From NCBI GenBank assembly GCA_013239625.1, contig MU054662.1:13753798-13817797 (forward strand): 64,000 nucleotides of DNA. The letters are read 5' to 3'. Below are positions 11,524 through 25,019 of this stretch, in pieces. The notes under the pieces are model-generated. The model was not told where the DNA came from, did no database searches, and saw only the letters and a list, made by a program, of their open reading frames with translations. The translations under genes and the position numbers were made by a program. Each line of letters starts with the position of its first letter. Positions within the stretch are counted from its first letter, which is position 1. Source of the stretch: Lama guanicoe. Lineage: Eukaryota.

Positions 11524-14500
11524 CAAAACTAAAACTAGAATTTTGTTTCGTTGTTACAAATATTTTGCTCAAAAGGTCTGACCCAGACATCACAGGATTT
11601 CTATCCCACCAGAGCGCAGACGAAGAAACTGGGGAGTCCGGGTCTCTCCACCCCCGACAGCCGCTCCCCGGTCAGCCCGCTCCCCCTTCACCCCTGGGTC
11701 CGTCTGCGAGACCAGGTAGGGAGGAGTACCCCTGCAGCCGCGCGGAGGTTTCCACCTGCTCCACTTGCGCATCTGCAGTCTGCTTATCAGGTCACCCAGT
11801 GGCAAGTTCCTCAGAGGGGGCGGGCAGTTTCTCCCTCTTCTGCAGCTAATGAGCAAAACAGCTGTCGCTGAAGGACAGGGAAGGCGGGCGGGCTTGGTGC
11901 AGACACCACGGGCAGGTGTCATCTTTATGGAGAACCGCCGCAGACCTTCCGGAGCAAGAGCTGCAGGGGAGACCCCTGCCCTGTCGCGTGTGTAGGCAGT
12001 GCCCCATAGCCCGGCAGGACCGGCAGGACTGGTCCCCGACGCCTGCTCGGCCGGCCCGCCTCCCACGGGCTCCGGGTGGGGACCAACATCGGCTGCCGAA
12101 TTCTCAGCAAAGGGAGACTGTCTTGGATCCGCGTTGGCCCGCCTCCCAGAATTGACTTTTATCACCGGGTAAATCACCCGCAGGCCCCGCGGGGCTGCCC
12201 ATCCTCGCAGCACACGACCTCCCCACTTCTTCTCGGTGCCCCTCTCCCCGCCTCCCCGTCTCCCCTCCCTCGCCTGGTAGCAGGCTTCCTCTGGCTGCTG
12301 CTAGACACAGCTTCTCACCCAGCTCACGCAGGGATGAAGGAAGCTCGTTTCAGAGCCAGTAACCAACTCCCCCTTTGAATCAAACTGCCGACTCGAATTG
12401 TACCAATCTGTCTAAACAACCCACGGAAAATGAGACCTGAATTGTGCAATTTTGGTGTGTCCACCTGGCTTGCTGATTTAATTTCTCTTTCCAAAAACCT
12501 GAGGCCCAGGACTGCCGCCCCCCTCTAGATTCGTCCAAGAAAATGAGAGAAGAGAAAAAAGCACATCTCCAAAAACAAGTCGTTCCGCCAGCGCCACGGG
12601 CCCGGTGCTGCCAACGGGCGCTGCCTGTCCAGGACCTGCGTTCCGGTCCCCAGCGAGAGCCGGCAGGAGGTGCAGAGCCGCAGGGAGCTGAACAGTCACG
12701 GGGAAAGGAGACAAACAGCTCAGCTCTGTCTTGCCTGTGCGTCTGGGACTTGGCTCTGGGGAGAGACAAAGGCGGAGACCGGCCTTTCCAAGCCGGGGCA
12801 GGAGGCTCGGCCTTGTCTGGGATGTCCTCGCGGGACCTGTGCTATCAGATCCCTCGTCCTGCCCACTTGGCTCAGAAAGGCAGGGCAAGACTCTCCTCAG
12901 GTTTTAATCTCTCGACTCCTGAAAGGAAGGCCCTCCCTGGTACCCAAAGACAATTTGCGTCTCAGAACAAAACATAAATGAGAGGCTTAGATGCGAAAAA
13001 AGCACTAAAACCCACCCTTGTCAGCAAATGATGATTACAAGGCGGGGGGGAAGCACATGAACACGGTACTCCTGAGTGTCTCAGGCTCGTTTCTGGAAAA
13101 CAAGCTCCCAGAGGCAAGAAAGGCCCTGGTTAGAAAGGGAGGGAGGTCCCGTGGAGCCGAGCACTTGTGGACGTGCGGCCGCTAGGCCTGGAGGACGGGC
13201 CTGTGCATCTGATCTGCGCCGGGAAACGATGCCGCCCACGAACTCCCTGAGTCCCACGTGCCACTTGTCACGGGTTGTTAAGAACAGTGGCGCTATTTCC
13301 CGATTCCAGCAGGTCCTCCTTGCCTCCCCCGACCCTGCAAGCCAACGGGAGGCGATGAAGGTCTGTGCCAGACCCCGGGTGAGACAGACGCCACAGGGGA
13401 GATTTTTAAACATCTTCACACATCTGGTCACTGGAAAACACAGCCAGCACATCCCCTGTGTGCTGGCAAGCACTTGTGAACGCAGTACTTTATTCCTGGA
13501 ACATTCTGCATGTGTCCTGTGGCAAGAGGGGAGGTCAGAGGTCTCTGGGGTGCAGCACACGTCAGTCAGGACAGGACAGGGTACGCTGTGGTAACAGACG
13601 AGCCCGCGTCCTGGAGGAGGTCCCCAGCGAGGCTTTGTCTCTTGCTGATGTCAATGCACAGCCTTCACTTTGCAGCCAGACGGGCAGCACTGCCCCTCAG
13701 GGGTCCTGCCGGCCTCACGTTACAGGGACGAGAGGCATGGCGAGGAAACCCTCCTTGGAGCTTACACTGTCGGTGCTGCGCTGGCTACAGTGAGTCACGT
13801 GCCCATGCCGAGCTCCACGGGGAAGCCAGCGCTCACTCCCCGCCGAGAGCAAGGCAGATGTCTGCGGACACCACTGAGCTGCCTTCAGAAGACGGGACGT
13901 CCACCGGCGTGGGCTCCCTCCCAAAGCGCTGTCCTCCAGCCCAGGCCCAAGCAAGGTCAGGACCATGCCCCGCCCGATCCCCAGTGCCCCAGAGCCCAGC
14001 TGTCAGCAGAGGGTTTCGCTTCTGGGAAGCCCTGGCCACCTGGCTCCTGACCAGGCCCCTGCGGCTGCAGCCTCGTCAGAGGAACAGAGACGCAGAGACA
14101 GAACACGGACTGCAGGGGGAGAGCTGAGGAGCAGAAGCCCACGCTGGCCAAGGGGAGGCAGGAGGACGCTGGTTTGCTCACATCTTACTTTCCAAACAAG
14201 CCCCACAGGAGGGAGGATGTAGTCACCATGGGGTTTTATTGACTTCCGGAATTCACAATCACACTCACTTTGCCGTAAGAACTTCACCGTGAGACGCATA
14301 GCCACACGTCCCACCGGGTCCCCAGACCTCTCGATTTGTGACGAGCAGGAAGGAGCTGCCAGCCATCCAGGGAGAGGAGCTGAGAATCAGCCCAAGGGGA
14401 GCAGCAGAGGCCAGAAGGTACTGGGTACCCGCTCCTGAAAGACCAGTTTATAAAACATTCTGGAACCGCTGTCCCGGTCAAGGTTAAGTCTGCAATGTGA

Positions 14501-17500
14501 CGACCACAGGGTCAAAGTTGGGTTGATAGAAAACGGAATGGGCCCGCCATTGCTGAGCCTGGAGCACCTGCTCGCGGACTGCGGTGCGGTGCTCAGAGGC
14601 GAAGCTGTTCCCTGCCTGCATCCCGCTTATCAGAGACGAGAGAGGGGCGTGTCCGGGAGAGTCCCCCAGGCGGGAGTGACGCAGGAGTGAGTGTGTTTGA
14701 AGGCGACAGGCGGGAGCTTCTTCCTGAGCCCTTTCAGCGCCCGGTCCCCGCTCCCTCCTCCCCGTCTCTTTGCTGCCCGGCCCCTCGTTCCCCAACACTC
14801 AGCACAGGTGTGGAAGGAAAGACTGGATTTAATTCCCACCGTTTCTATGCGAGGCAGCCAGAGCATCCTTTTGCTCTGCCGCACGTGTGCTAGACAGAGA
14901 AACAGCAGTCCCAGCGCAGACGAGGAGGCGCCCTCACCCTCTCCCGGACTTCACTCTGCGTCTGCTGTCACAGCAACCCCAGGCCAGACTCTGACTAAAA
15001 GCTTCTCGTGTGGCTTTCAACTTCGTGTCCATGGGATGCGGATGAATTCTCTCCTCTTAATGAACCGATAAGGCTCCCCGCCTTCTACGAATAAGGGATG
15101 CATGTCTCATCCAACACGGCTACTCAGCGCGGTTCTGCGGCTCCTGAGGGCGGCTTCCAGGCACTCAAATCCAGGAGCCCATGTGCCCTTTGTTAAGTGA
15201 CTTCGGGCCAAGTTGCTACTAAGCGAAGTCGTCCAAACCAGCGGGCTCAGCGTGGTGACGTCTGGTGGGGCAGGGCACAGTGACGGAGGGCTCGCAGGTC
15301 AGACAAGGGACTGCGCCGTCCGCCTCATCCCCCGGGCCCAGGTCCCTTCCCCGTTTATGAATGGAGACCTTAGCGCCCCCCTGGCGGGTTATGCTAAGAA
15401 CTCACTTAGTGTCTGGAACCGAGGCCTGTGGCAAATACTTCTCCAATGAATGAATAAATATTGAATACATTATTCGGTAAAGTTCTGGGCACACTGTAAG
15501 CACTTTAAAGAGCCAGCTGGAGCTCCAACCCAAGGCGAACTCCCCAGGTGAGCAGGATGAGAGAGAGCCTTCCAGGTGGGACAGTCGACCCCAGCACCAC
15601 CCGCTGAGCGTCAGGTGACAGGGCCCATCGCTCTGAGCCTCATTAGAGCACGGGGAACACTGCCTCCCCTGTGTGCTCAGGGGTGAGGGACATTGAGGCA
15701 CGGAGCCCAGCGGCTCAAGAACTCAGGGGACAGACAGCAAAGCCTCCGGCGGAGGAGCAGAGTTATGCCGTGATCCCCTGTATTGAGAGGACCGCCTACT
15801 TCACGGCTTTAGGGCCCCGAGCCTGACACAAGACGTCGGTTCAGGGTTCCGAGGCAAACTCCGTCCCGGGGAGCCGCAGGTGTGGGCAGACATCCATTTG
15901 CTGTGGATGAAACTGTTGCTAAGCAGAGGAAGGAGTCTCCCAAGCACTTATGAGAATGGCTTGCAAAGCTCCTTGGATGCCTAATGTTCTTAAACCGCAT
16001 TTTAATGATGTAAGGGGAAATGAACTAGAAACCCGTGGATTTAATTTCCCTTGAAATACGTACACATTTAAAAATTAAGGGGGAACACATTCAGAGCAAA
16101 ACCTATTTGGGATCTGGTGGCAGCCGGAACACTGGCAGCGTGATCCGAGCCCCATCCAGCAAACCCATCACAGCCACGTGGCTGGCTCTGGGCAGAGCTC
16201 ACAGAGGCTTCTGACGGGCATCCGTCCTGCAGACGCTGGAGGACGAGGGTTCACCATCCCAGGGCCGGGCGACTGAGGCCCCGCAAACAGGTCTGCTTGC
16301 TCAGACCACGAGGGCCCTGTTGCCCGAGCTCAGAGGAGGCGCCCGCTGTTTGCCCCGCGTGGTGGCCGGGAGCCTGGAGAAAAGGCTCCCTGAAGGGGTC
16401 TGCTGCCACCAAGCTCCTGGGCTCACCTGGGTTTTCAGAAACGCAGCCTGAGGGGTCTCCACACACAGACGCCAACAACCACGGGTGGAAAAATGTTCCC
16501 CTCAAATCCAGAAAGTTCCAGAAAGCAAAATGTGAATCTGTCCCACTCGGGAAACGATTTACGGAGCATTCACACTGTATGGGGTGTTATAAGCAACCTA
16601 GAAAGAACATAAAGTTTACGGCGGCGTGGGGGGTCACGCAGAAGACAGCGGTGGAAAGACCCTGAGCTCTCAGGGAGGTGGCTCTTTACAGAACAGCCAT
16701 CGATGAACCTACAACTAAAGACACAAAGAGGGAACCACAATGGGGCGAGACAGGTAGGCAGGCGGGGCTGGGGCAGAACGTCCCACAGCCCCGGCGAGTG
16801 AGGCCCACACGGGAGAGCAAGTGGAACTGCAGGGGGGGCTCTCCCCCCACCAGGACCCGGGGGGCCTGCTCTGGGAGGATGGGCCACCAGAGCGCCTGGC
16901 TCTGAAGGCCAGCGGTGCTTCTGCCGGGAGACCAGAGACTTCACTCTGGAAGGGCCACACGAAATCTCACGTGCTCTGTGACCCGGGGCAGAAGCAGGAG
17001 TCCAAGTGGGGCCTGTGTTGGACCGACCTGCTGATCTGGGGGGGCCCCTGGGGGGAGGTAGGAGGCAGCTGGAGCTCACCTGGGACACAGACACTGGCAG
17101 CAGCCTTTTGGGGGGGCCCGTCCTACCACGTGGGCACTGGTGCTGGCCAGTGCCCTTCTGGAAGCCTCTCTCCAGAACCGGCCCCACCCACGCCCACCAG
17201 CCTGTAGGTGCCAGTTCTGGGACATATCAGGCCAGGCAACCAAAGGGGTGTGGACACTGCCCCCTTCACTAGCAGACAGGCTGCCTTAAGACCCTCTGAG
17301 CTCATAGCTGGACACGGGCCTGCCCACCAGAGGGCCCAGAATCCAACTCCAAACACAAGTGCACAGGCACTAGATCCGAGACACCCAGGATTCTGCAGCA
17401 AAAGACACCAGGACCCGGCTTTGCCCACCAATAAGCCTGTTCAAGCCTCTGGGCCAGACTCACACACCAGTGGATGGACACCAGCTGGAGGATGACAGCC

Positions 17501-17682
17501 GTCAGCACATCCAGCCCGCCCACCCCCAGGACTGGCTGGGCTCCAGCCCCGCCCACCAGCAGGCCAGCACAAGCCTCAGGACACCTGGGACCCAGTCAAG
17601 AGCCAGCACCCTCCCTGCCAGTGGTTCAATACCAACTCTGGGACCCCTGGGCCCCGCAACCAAATCCCAGGACCTGGCTCTG

Positions 17683-17975
17683 CCCACCAGTGGGCCAGCA
17701 CCAGCCCCAGGCCTGGCTTCACCTACCAGAGGGCAGGTAATAGCCCGGGGGTCTCCTGGACCCTGGATCCACCCACCAGCGGGCCAGCACCAGCCCCCGG
17801 ACTGGCTTCACCTACCAGAGGGCAGGTAATAGCCCGGGGGTCTCCTGGACCCTGGATCCACCCACCAGTGGGCCAGCACCAGCCCAGGCCTGGCTACACC
17901 CACCACAGGGCAGGCAATAGCCCAGGGGTCTCCTGGACCCTGGATCTGCCCACCAGCAGGCCAGCACCAGCCCCA
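17683..17975 (+). repeat. Tandem array of ~89-bp units (about 3.3 copies) in the L1 5'UTR
   Basis: The unit cccaccagYgggccagcaccagcccc...ggtctcctggaccctggatcca restarts at 17683, 17772, 17861 and 17949. Confidence 0.95.
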
Positions 17976-18486
17976 GGGCCCCTACAGGCTTTGAAGCCAA
18001 CCACCTCATGACCCAGCCCCACCAACCAGGGACCGGCAGCCTCCACACAAGGCAGGACCTGGCAACCAACCAGACCAGGCACCAGGCATGCCTACCAGAC
18101 CACCCCCATGGTCAGCCCACCACAGCAGCAAGACCCACACAGCCCTCTCAGCAGGAACCCCTGGAGCACATGGCTCGGGTGAAGAGAGGGGAGTGAGCTG
18201 CTGGGACGCACAGGACGTCCCCTGCAAAAGGCCACTTCTCCAAGGTCGGGCAATGCAACCAACCTACCAGATACACAGAAACGAAACAGCAAGTTAGGCA
18301 AAATGAGGCAACAGAGGGACAAGTTCCAAACAAAGGAACAAGATAAACCCCAGAAGAAGAACTGAGTGAGTGAAGATGTGCAATCTACCTGAGAAAGAGT
18401 TCAAGGTAATGATGGTAAAGATGATGGAACAACTTGGGAGAAGAATGGATGAACAAAGTAAGCACTTAGAAATTTTTAACAAAGAG

Positions 18487-18874
18487 GAAATTTTTTAAAA
18501 TTGTTTTAAGTTTTTAGAAACTTGTTTATTGAAGTATAATTGATTTACAATGTTGTGCTAGTTTCAAATGTAAAGTGACAAATTCTTTTTCAGATCATTT
18601 TCCATTGTAGGTTATTATAAGATATTGAATATCGTTCCCTGTGCAGTACAGGAGGACGTTGTTGTTTATCTATTTTATATATAGTCTTGTGTATCTGTTA
18701 ATCCCAAACTCCTAATTTATCTCTCCCTCCGCCTTTCCCCTTTGGGAACCATAAGCTTGTTTTCCATCTCTATGAGTCTATTTCTGTTTTGTAAATAAAT
18801 TCATTTGTGTCATATTTTTAGATTCCACATAAAAGTGATGTCAAAAAATTGTCTTCCTCTGTCTGACATACTTC
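18487..18874 (-). mobile_element. 5'-truncated younger L1 (cetartiodactyl-type 3' end) nested in ORF1 of the older L1
   Basis: T-rich tail followed by tttattgaagtataattgatttacaatgttgtg...agattccacataaaagtga...ctgacatacttcac. It is flanked by ACAAAGAG at 18479-18486 and 18875-18882, and the host ORF1 resumes after it. Confidence 0.9.
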
Positions 18875-19172
18875 ACAAAGAGTTAGGAAATATAAAGAAC
18901 AACCAGAGATGAAGAATATAATAACTGAAGTGCAAACTACATTGGGAACAGTCAACAGTAAACTAAACGATACAGAGGAACAGGTCAGTGAGCGGACGAC
19001 AGAGGAGTGGAAACCACTGAGGCTGGACAGGAAACAGAAGGAAAGGGACTGAGGACAGTATGAGAGCCTCTGGGACAACAGCAGGTGCATTACACTCACG
19101 TTATGGGGGTCCCGAAGGGGGGGAGAGAGGGAGGGGGGAGAGGACATATTTGAAGAATTAATAGCTGAAAAC

Positions 19173-19487
19173 TTCTTTTTTTCTTGATGAGTCTAGCTAA
19201 CAGCATGTCAATTTCATCTGTCTTTTTAAAGAAACAAATCTTAGTTTCATTAATGTTTAATTTTTTTATTCTGTATTTCATTTGTTTCTGCTCTGAAATG
19301 TACGATTTCTTTTTTCCTACTAAGTTTGGATTTCGTTTGTTCTTCTTTTAGTTCCATTTGCATGGAATACCATTTCCATCCCTTCACTTTGAGTCTGTGT
19401 TTGTCTTTAGATCAGCAGTGAGTCTTTTATAGGAAGCACATATATTTGTTTTGGTTTTCTATCCATTCAGCCACTCTATGTATTTTG
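19173..19487 (-). mobile_element. Inverted internal segment of L1 ORF2 (endonuclease N-terminus plus linker)
   Basis: The minus strand encodes NINETKICFFKKTDEIDMLLARLIKKKR (ORF track 19096..19281) and endonuclease-like sequence (plus strand: ccatttgcatggaatacc...cttcactttgagtctgtgt, tccattcagccactctatg). Confidence 0.85.
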
Positions 19488-20113
19488 AGAGAGGGCACAA
19501 ATCAATAAAATTAGCAATTAAAGAGGAGAAGTTACAACTGACAAGACAGAAATATAAAGGATCATCAGAGATTACTAGGAGCAACTATACGCCAATAACA
19601 TGGACAACCTAGTAGAAATGGACAAAATCCATTAATATATCTATATCATATATATAAAATGAAATTGTGGCATTTGTAAAAACATGGATGGACCTGGAAG
19701 GTGTTGTGCTTAATGGAATAAGTCAGACAGAGAAAGACAGATACTGTACGACATCACTTAAATGCAAAATCTAAACAATAAAAAAATCTAGTGGATATAA
19801 CAAAAAAGAAGCAGACTCACATAGAGAACAAACTGTTGTTACCAGTGGAGGAGGGGGAGGAATAGGGTAAAGGATTAAGAGGTATAAACTACTGTGGACA
19901 AAATAAATAAGCCACAGGGTATACCGTGCAGCGCAGGGAATTTAGCCAACATTGTATGGTAACTATAAACGGAGTGTAGTCTGTAAAAGGTTTGAATCAC
20001 TGTTTTGCACAACTGAAACTAATGTGTAATATTGCAAGTCAACTATTCCTCCACTGAGGAAAGGGGAGGGTGTCCTTGGGTTCTCTGTCAACGCGCTGCC
20101 GTTTTTTAAGAAG

Positions 20114-20186
20114 GGGCTTGTGTATCCGGAGGTTTTGGCATCCGTGGGGTCCCGGAACCAGCCTCCTGGAGATACTGAGGGGCAGC
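20114..20186. mobile_element. MER2/Tigger-family DNA transposon terminal fragment
   Basis: gggcttgtgtatccggaggttttggcatccgtggggtcccggaaccagcctcctggagatactgaggggcagc resembles the MER2/Tigger terminus (...GGATTTTGGTATCC...GGAACCAATCCCC...GATACCGAGGGACGACTG). Confidence 0.65.
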
Positions 20187-23100
20187 CTTTCTCACTCCTT
20201 TGTTTCTGAACATAGAGCTTCCCCACTTCCAGAGTTCTAAAATGTTTTCTGAGTTCTCATGTCTAAAGAATCTGTTGGAATAAACACCCTCCAAGCTCCT
20301 GCCTAATTAGCGCAACAGCCTTTTCCATGAGGGTAGGGGCTGTGCGCTAGGGGTTTTGTGCCTGTTTCACCACAGCATCAGAGAAGGAGGACAGAGGGTG
20401 CACGCTGTGGCGGCCCCCGCCCCGCCCCTGCACTCTGATGCTTGTCTGTCCCTCAAGGCTCTCCCGGAATCTCCTCCAGGATGCCTCCTGGACAGCTGCA
20501 GACCACACTGGTCCCTGGGCCACGAAATCCAACACCAGAGCCTCTGACGCAGTGTAACCCCACTGCACACTACCTAGACAAAAGGAGTCGGGAGACAGCG
20601 GTGCCCACCCGTAAAGCGGGCGGGTGCCTTGAAGATGGACACGAGGAATCTTGAGAGAGACTGAGCGCCCACTCTGCGTCGGTCACTGGTCCACGGGCTT
20701 TACAGTTCACGTACCACGACTCGCTCACTCACTCCCTCGACTCCTCAGTCGTCAGACACTGACAGTCAGATCCTGGTCTCTTCTCTCCACCAGTGGCACC
20801 TAAGCATCTCCTCTTTTTCACATCATGCTATGAGGAGAACACAAGATAAAGCAGGAACGACCACCACCTAAAGGATTCTCACAGGTCAGTGAAACAGGCA
20901 GTGTTTTAAAGAAACTGTAGACACTACATTCATGCAGTCACTTCGAGGCTCCGGGAGCCGCTCTGGGGTCCCTCATGTACTAACGTGTTCAGTCCGTGTA
21001 AGAAGCACGTGAGGTAGGTATCACTGACAGCCCGTGTTCTAAGTGACGGAGCTGGGACACAGCAAATCACGGCTGATCGTAGTCAATGCAGGAAGGGCCT
21101 GCCCTTGCCTCTTCACAGTACTTTCTGTGCGACACAGAGGTGTGACGTTGGCGTATGCAGTGGAACGCAGAGGGAAATGCAGTTACTTCTGCAGGGAGCA
21201 GGGGTGGCAGGAAATTTGTGGAGAAAGAGCGTGTTTGAGTTGAGGGAGGAGATGTGTGACACACACCGGCTTCACAAGCAGACCGGCTCCCAGCCGTGCC
21301 TGGTCCTCCCCAGACCGCTCTCTCCCTTGGCAAGGGAGAGTGTTCAGGGGGCAGACCTGACAAACTCGAGAGGCGAGCCAATTTGGATACTAAGCCCAGG
21401 ATAATTCAGATGTGAAACAGATTAAACTCATTTGCAATTACCAGTCCTGTCCTCTTCGGGGAAAGCATGTGAGCCTCTTAGCAATCTCGTTCAATGAGTA
21501 TTGGCATTGTTTGGGATCACCGCCTCTCTCTGTCACCGGCGTGGTGTCCAGAAGAGAAGGGTGTGATTAATGGCAAACAGGCTTGCATTTTTCTCCCCCG
21601 TGTTTTCTCTTGTCCCTGTCCTCTCATCATCCGTCTAGGGTCCTCATCAGAACAGTAAAATAGCGGCACAGAGAAGCAAGAGGTAAAAGGCGCTACACTA
21701 AACAGCCTCAAAACGATTTGGAAGAGGAGCTGAAAAAGCATGAAACAACAGTGTCTTCTTTAAAAGCCGTCAGACTTAGAGCCGGGTGGCGGGGGCAGAA
21801 GCCCCAGGGGCACTGACCACACCTGCGTCCTCACCCACCCGCCCCCCGGGCCTTTGTTTATTTGTTTGTTTCCCTCATCAGTGATGATGGGTTCATACTT
21901 CCTAAATGACAGAGTTGATGAGAAATGAAAAATAAGTAACATAAGGGAAACTGCTGGGCCCCGTTCGGTCCTACTGGTGAACACGATCCATTTTCGTGCT
22001 GAACTCAGTTACGTTCCAAGCAGATCTAAGAGCCGCCAGCCTTCTAATCTGGGGCCCAGGTCTGACCACAGCGAACTCTATGTGCGGCTCACGCCGTCAG
22101 CGCGCGACGTTGCCGGGGATCTCTCAGCAACTTGCTTCCTCCCCCTTTTTGCTCGGGCTATAAACATGCCTGAGAGCCTCTATCCCTCGGGAAAGCCCAG
22201 TTCAATCTCAGTGTTCTCCTGGGCCGCACCCCGAGGGCTCTGTCTTCTGAGTAACCTCCACGCGGATGGCATCCACTCCGGGGTTATCAGCAGTCACCCA
22301 CACGCTGGACACCCCGAGTCCGTGTGAGCACAGACCTCTCCTTCCCGCAGCAGCTGACCAGACACAGCCAGTCCATGGCTTGCCTGCTCACCGCCCCCCT
22401 CCGCCGGCGTCAGCCCCGCCACCCAGCCTCCTCAGCCAGAAGCCGCGTGCTGCTCTGTCCGGCCCCCTAGCTCCCCACTCCCATCAGCGTGGAGGCCGCT
22501 CTTGCTCCTTCTTCCAAGGAAACTCCAGAAAAGAGTTTCCCCCTTAGGGTATTACACTCACTTATCTCTTCGTGTTTTTTAAAATATGTATATGAAAACT
22601 AGAAGGCGTGCCAACGAATCCCCATGGAGAAAGGAGAGGAGGTTCAGCTGGGGGGCCTGTCCCAGCAAGAGAAACAGGAAGAGACCTCACTTGACGGGGT
22701 GGGGGCCAGAACGCTCCACGTCGCTCTTGGTGTCCCCAGGTCAGCAGGTGGGTTGCCTCCCTGGCTTGTACGGCAGCAGCAGTGGCATCGGTGAGAGACG
22801 CCAGGGCTGCAAGTTCCTTCCTGAACACAAACGCTCTGCGGCCGGAGGAAGAGCTGTTAGCTGAACAGCCTCCAAAAAGTCAACTGCAGGGACATGGGGG
22901 TGGGAGGAGGGCCGGCGAGTGAAAAGGGATGTGGGGAAGGTGGTTCTGGAAGTGTGGTCCTGTTTCTTCCGACTACATTGTCAGAAAGAGCTAGTTCTCA
23001 AGCAAATGGTGTTTGGGGGTGGGCAGAGGCCAACAGCGAGCGACAGAAAACCGTGTCCTGGAACCAAAGGAAGCTGAAGGCTGGGAACAAAACCGAGCCA

Positions 23101-23384
23101 AGCTGACAGAGCTTTAAATAATAAAATAAGGAAATACAAACTCTGGAACAATTTGGGAAATTAATGATGCATGGCTCGATAGCAAGCTCTGGCTGGTGCC
23201 ATCTTGCACAAGAGCACGTGGCCCTCATCCTTCCAGAGCCTTTGGAAACCAACAGCTCTTCTAACTCTCAACGGTGCAAACGAGTGGGGCCCTGCAGACC
23301 TGCAGGCCCTCGTCTCACACGTCACGCTCACTACCGCATTCCAGGAGTTGAGGTGCATTCCACGCACTCACTCACCCATCATCT

Positions 23385-23530
23385 TATTACCAGGCCCCCT
23401 GGAAAGCAGCTGTGACTACTCCGTCTTTACAGAGAAGGAAACCGAGACACAGGGACCTGAAGCAACCGTCCTGAATCACGCAGCTGGGAAGTGAGACGGA
23501 GTCTGGGGCGGGCCCTGGCCCGCTGGGTCC
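23385..23530 (-). mobile_element. MIR SINE
   Basis: ccgtctttacagagaaggaaaccgagacacagg...tcacgcagctgggaagtg is the reverse-complement MIR core. Confidence 0.7.
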
Positions 23531-25019
23531 AGAGGCTCACCGCGTCTTCATTTTGTCACATTAGTTCACAAAAACTACACGAGGAAGAAGAGTAAACCCT
23601 CCTTGTCTGGGTTCAAAAGCCAAACAAACCTGCTGCAAGCACAGATGAGGGAAGTCTGGGTGGCCACTTGGCTCGACTTTCTGCCAGCTTTCAGTCAAAA
23701 ATCTCACTTTGGAGAGCTGATTTTTCTTGCTCTGGATACAAGTTTTGCTCCTTTCATATCGCCCTTCATTATTCTTGTACTATTAGTAAGGTTGTTGAAA
23801 ACATGTATTTATTGGATTTGCAAAGGACTGGGATAATAGAAATGAAAACAGAAAATTCTGCCAGGAGCATCTCAGTGTCCAGCTGCCCCCCAGATGCAGA
23901 GGTGGGTGTCGACGGCGGGGCGGGAGGCGCCTGGCGGCCCAGAGGACGGAGAGGGACTCCCCTCGAGGGAGGCCGGGACGGTTTCCTGGAGAAGGCACAG
24001 TTAAGACCCATTTTCAAGGAAAGGTTGGGACTCATCTTGGCAGAATGGCGAGATATGTTATTTGGAGAAAAATACATCTTATAAAAATTTTATATTTGAA
24101 AAGCAAAACAAACATTACTTTTACGTTGGCACCAAACTTGAAAACAAAATAAAATCATTTTTACTGGTGTGACATGAAGAGGATGAAAGGACATTGTATG
24201 AATTTTTCTGTTTATAAAGAGGAAAAGAGTTACATAAGGTTGAGAAACACTTTAAAAAAAATGAAGTAGACGGCAATGCAGTGAATACACGCTGTAACCC
24301 GCCCTCAGTTCTGAACGCCCAGCAGTAATGAACAACGTGCATTTTCTTACTCTTGAAAACAAGCCAGATGTCTCGTGGGCCAGAAAAGGAGACAAGCACA
24401 CCGGGGAGCGGCGGGGTTGGGGGCAGCCTCCCACTTTAGCACATGAGAATACAGGATGTGTGATTCAACTTGCGTTGCAGATTAAACGCATAGGACACAC
24501 ACTAAAAATTGATTTGTTGTCTCTCTGAGGTTCGCATGTAATCAGGAGGCACGGCAGCCCAGAGGGGCTGGAAGCCACAGGCCATTGAAGCTATGAGACT
24601 GGAAGCAGGAGGGGCCCCCAGGGCCACAACCCCCAGGTCTAGAAGGAACAAGAGCCTGGTGGAGACGTGGGGGCCGAGCCGGGCCGCCGTCCCCGCCGAG
24701 AGGAGCAAGAGCCAGCTGCCGTCAGGAGCAGTGACTGGGGGAGAGGGACCCTGGATGCAGACTCCTCGGGGCTCGGGGTGGGTCCTGGCGCTGTCACTAG
24801 GTGTCTGAGTGATGTCCCAGGGCATATCTGCACCCACCTCATTAGAATAACTGCAGACGATAAGTGGGAAACAGAAAGCACTTAGGACTTTAAACCATTA
24901 TCTGAGAATCCTCAACACAGCTAAACTAAGAATTCTAAACACGGCTGATCTGTTGCTTACAGGAAGAGACAACAATCATTTGTTTCACAAACAGCGATAT
25001 GGGGACTGGCTAAGCAATC

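Larger units (their letters stand above)
16630..20052 (+). mobile_element. LINE-1 remnant (L1MA9/L1M-like, laurasiatherian): 5'UTR, ORF1, deleted and partly inverted ORF2, 3'UTR
   Basis: L1 5' start-like sequence (aagacagcggtggaaagaccctgagctc...) and a GC-rich repetitive 5'UTR. ORF1 starts at 18303 (MRQQRDKFQTKEQDK...NLPEKEFKVMMVKMMEQLGRRMDEQSKHLEIFNKE). An ORF2 piece at 19488-19630 reads ERAQINKI...LYANNMDNLVEMDK. The 3' end (acatggatggacctggaagg...aagtcagacagagaaagac...gtcaactat) lies at about 19655-20052. Confidence 0.9.

Noticed and set aside
17683-17975. CRISPR-like array
   Set aside because: Contiguous tandem units with no unique spacers, inside a mammalian L1 5'UTR.
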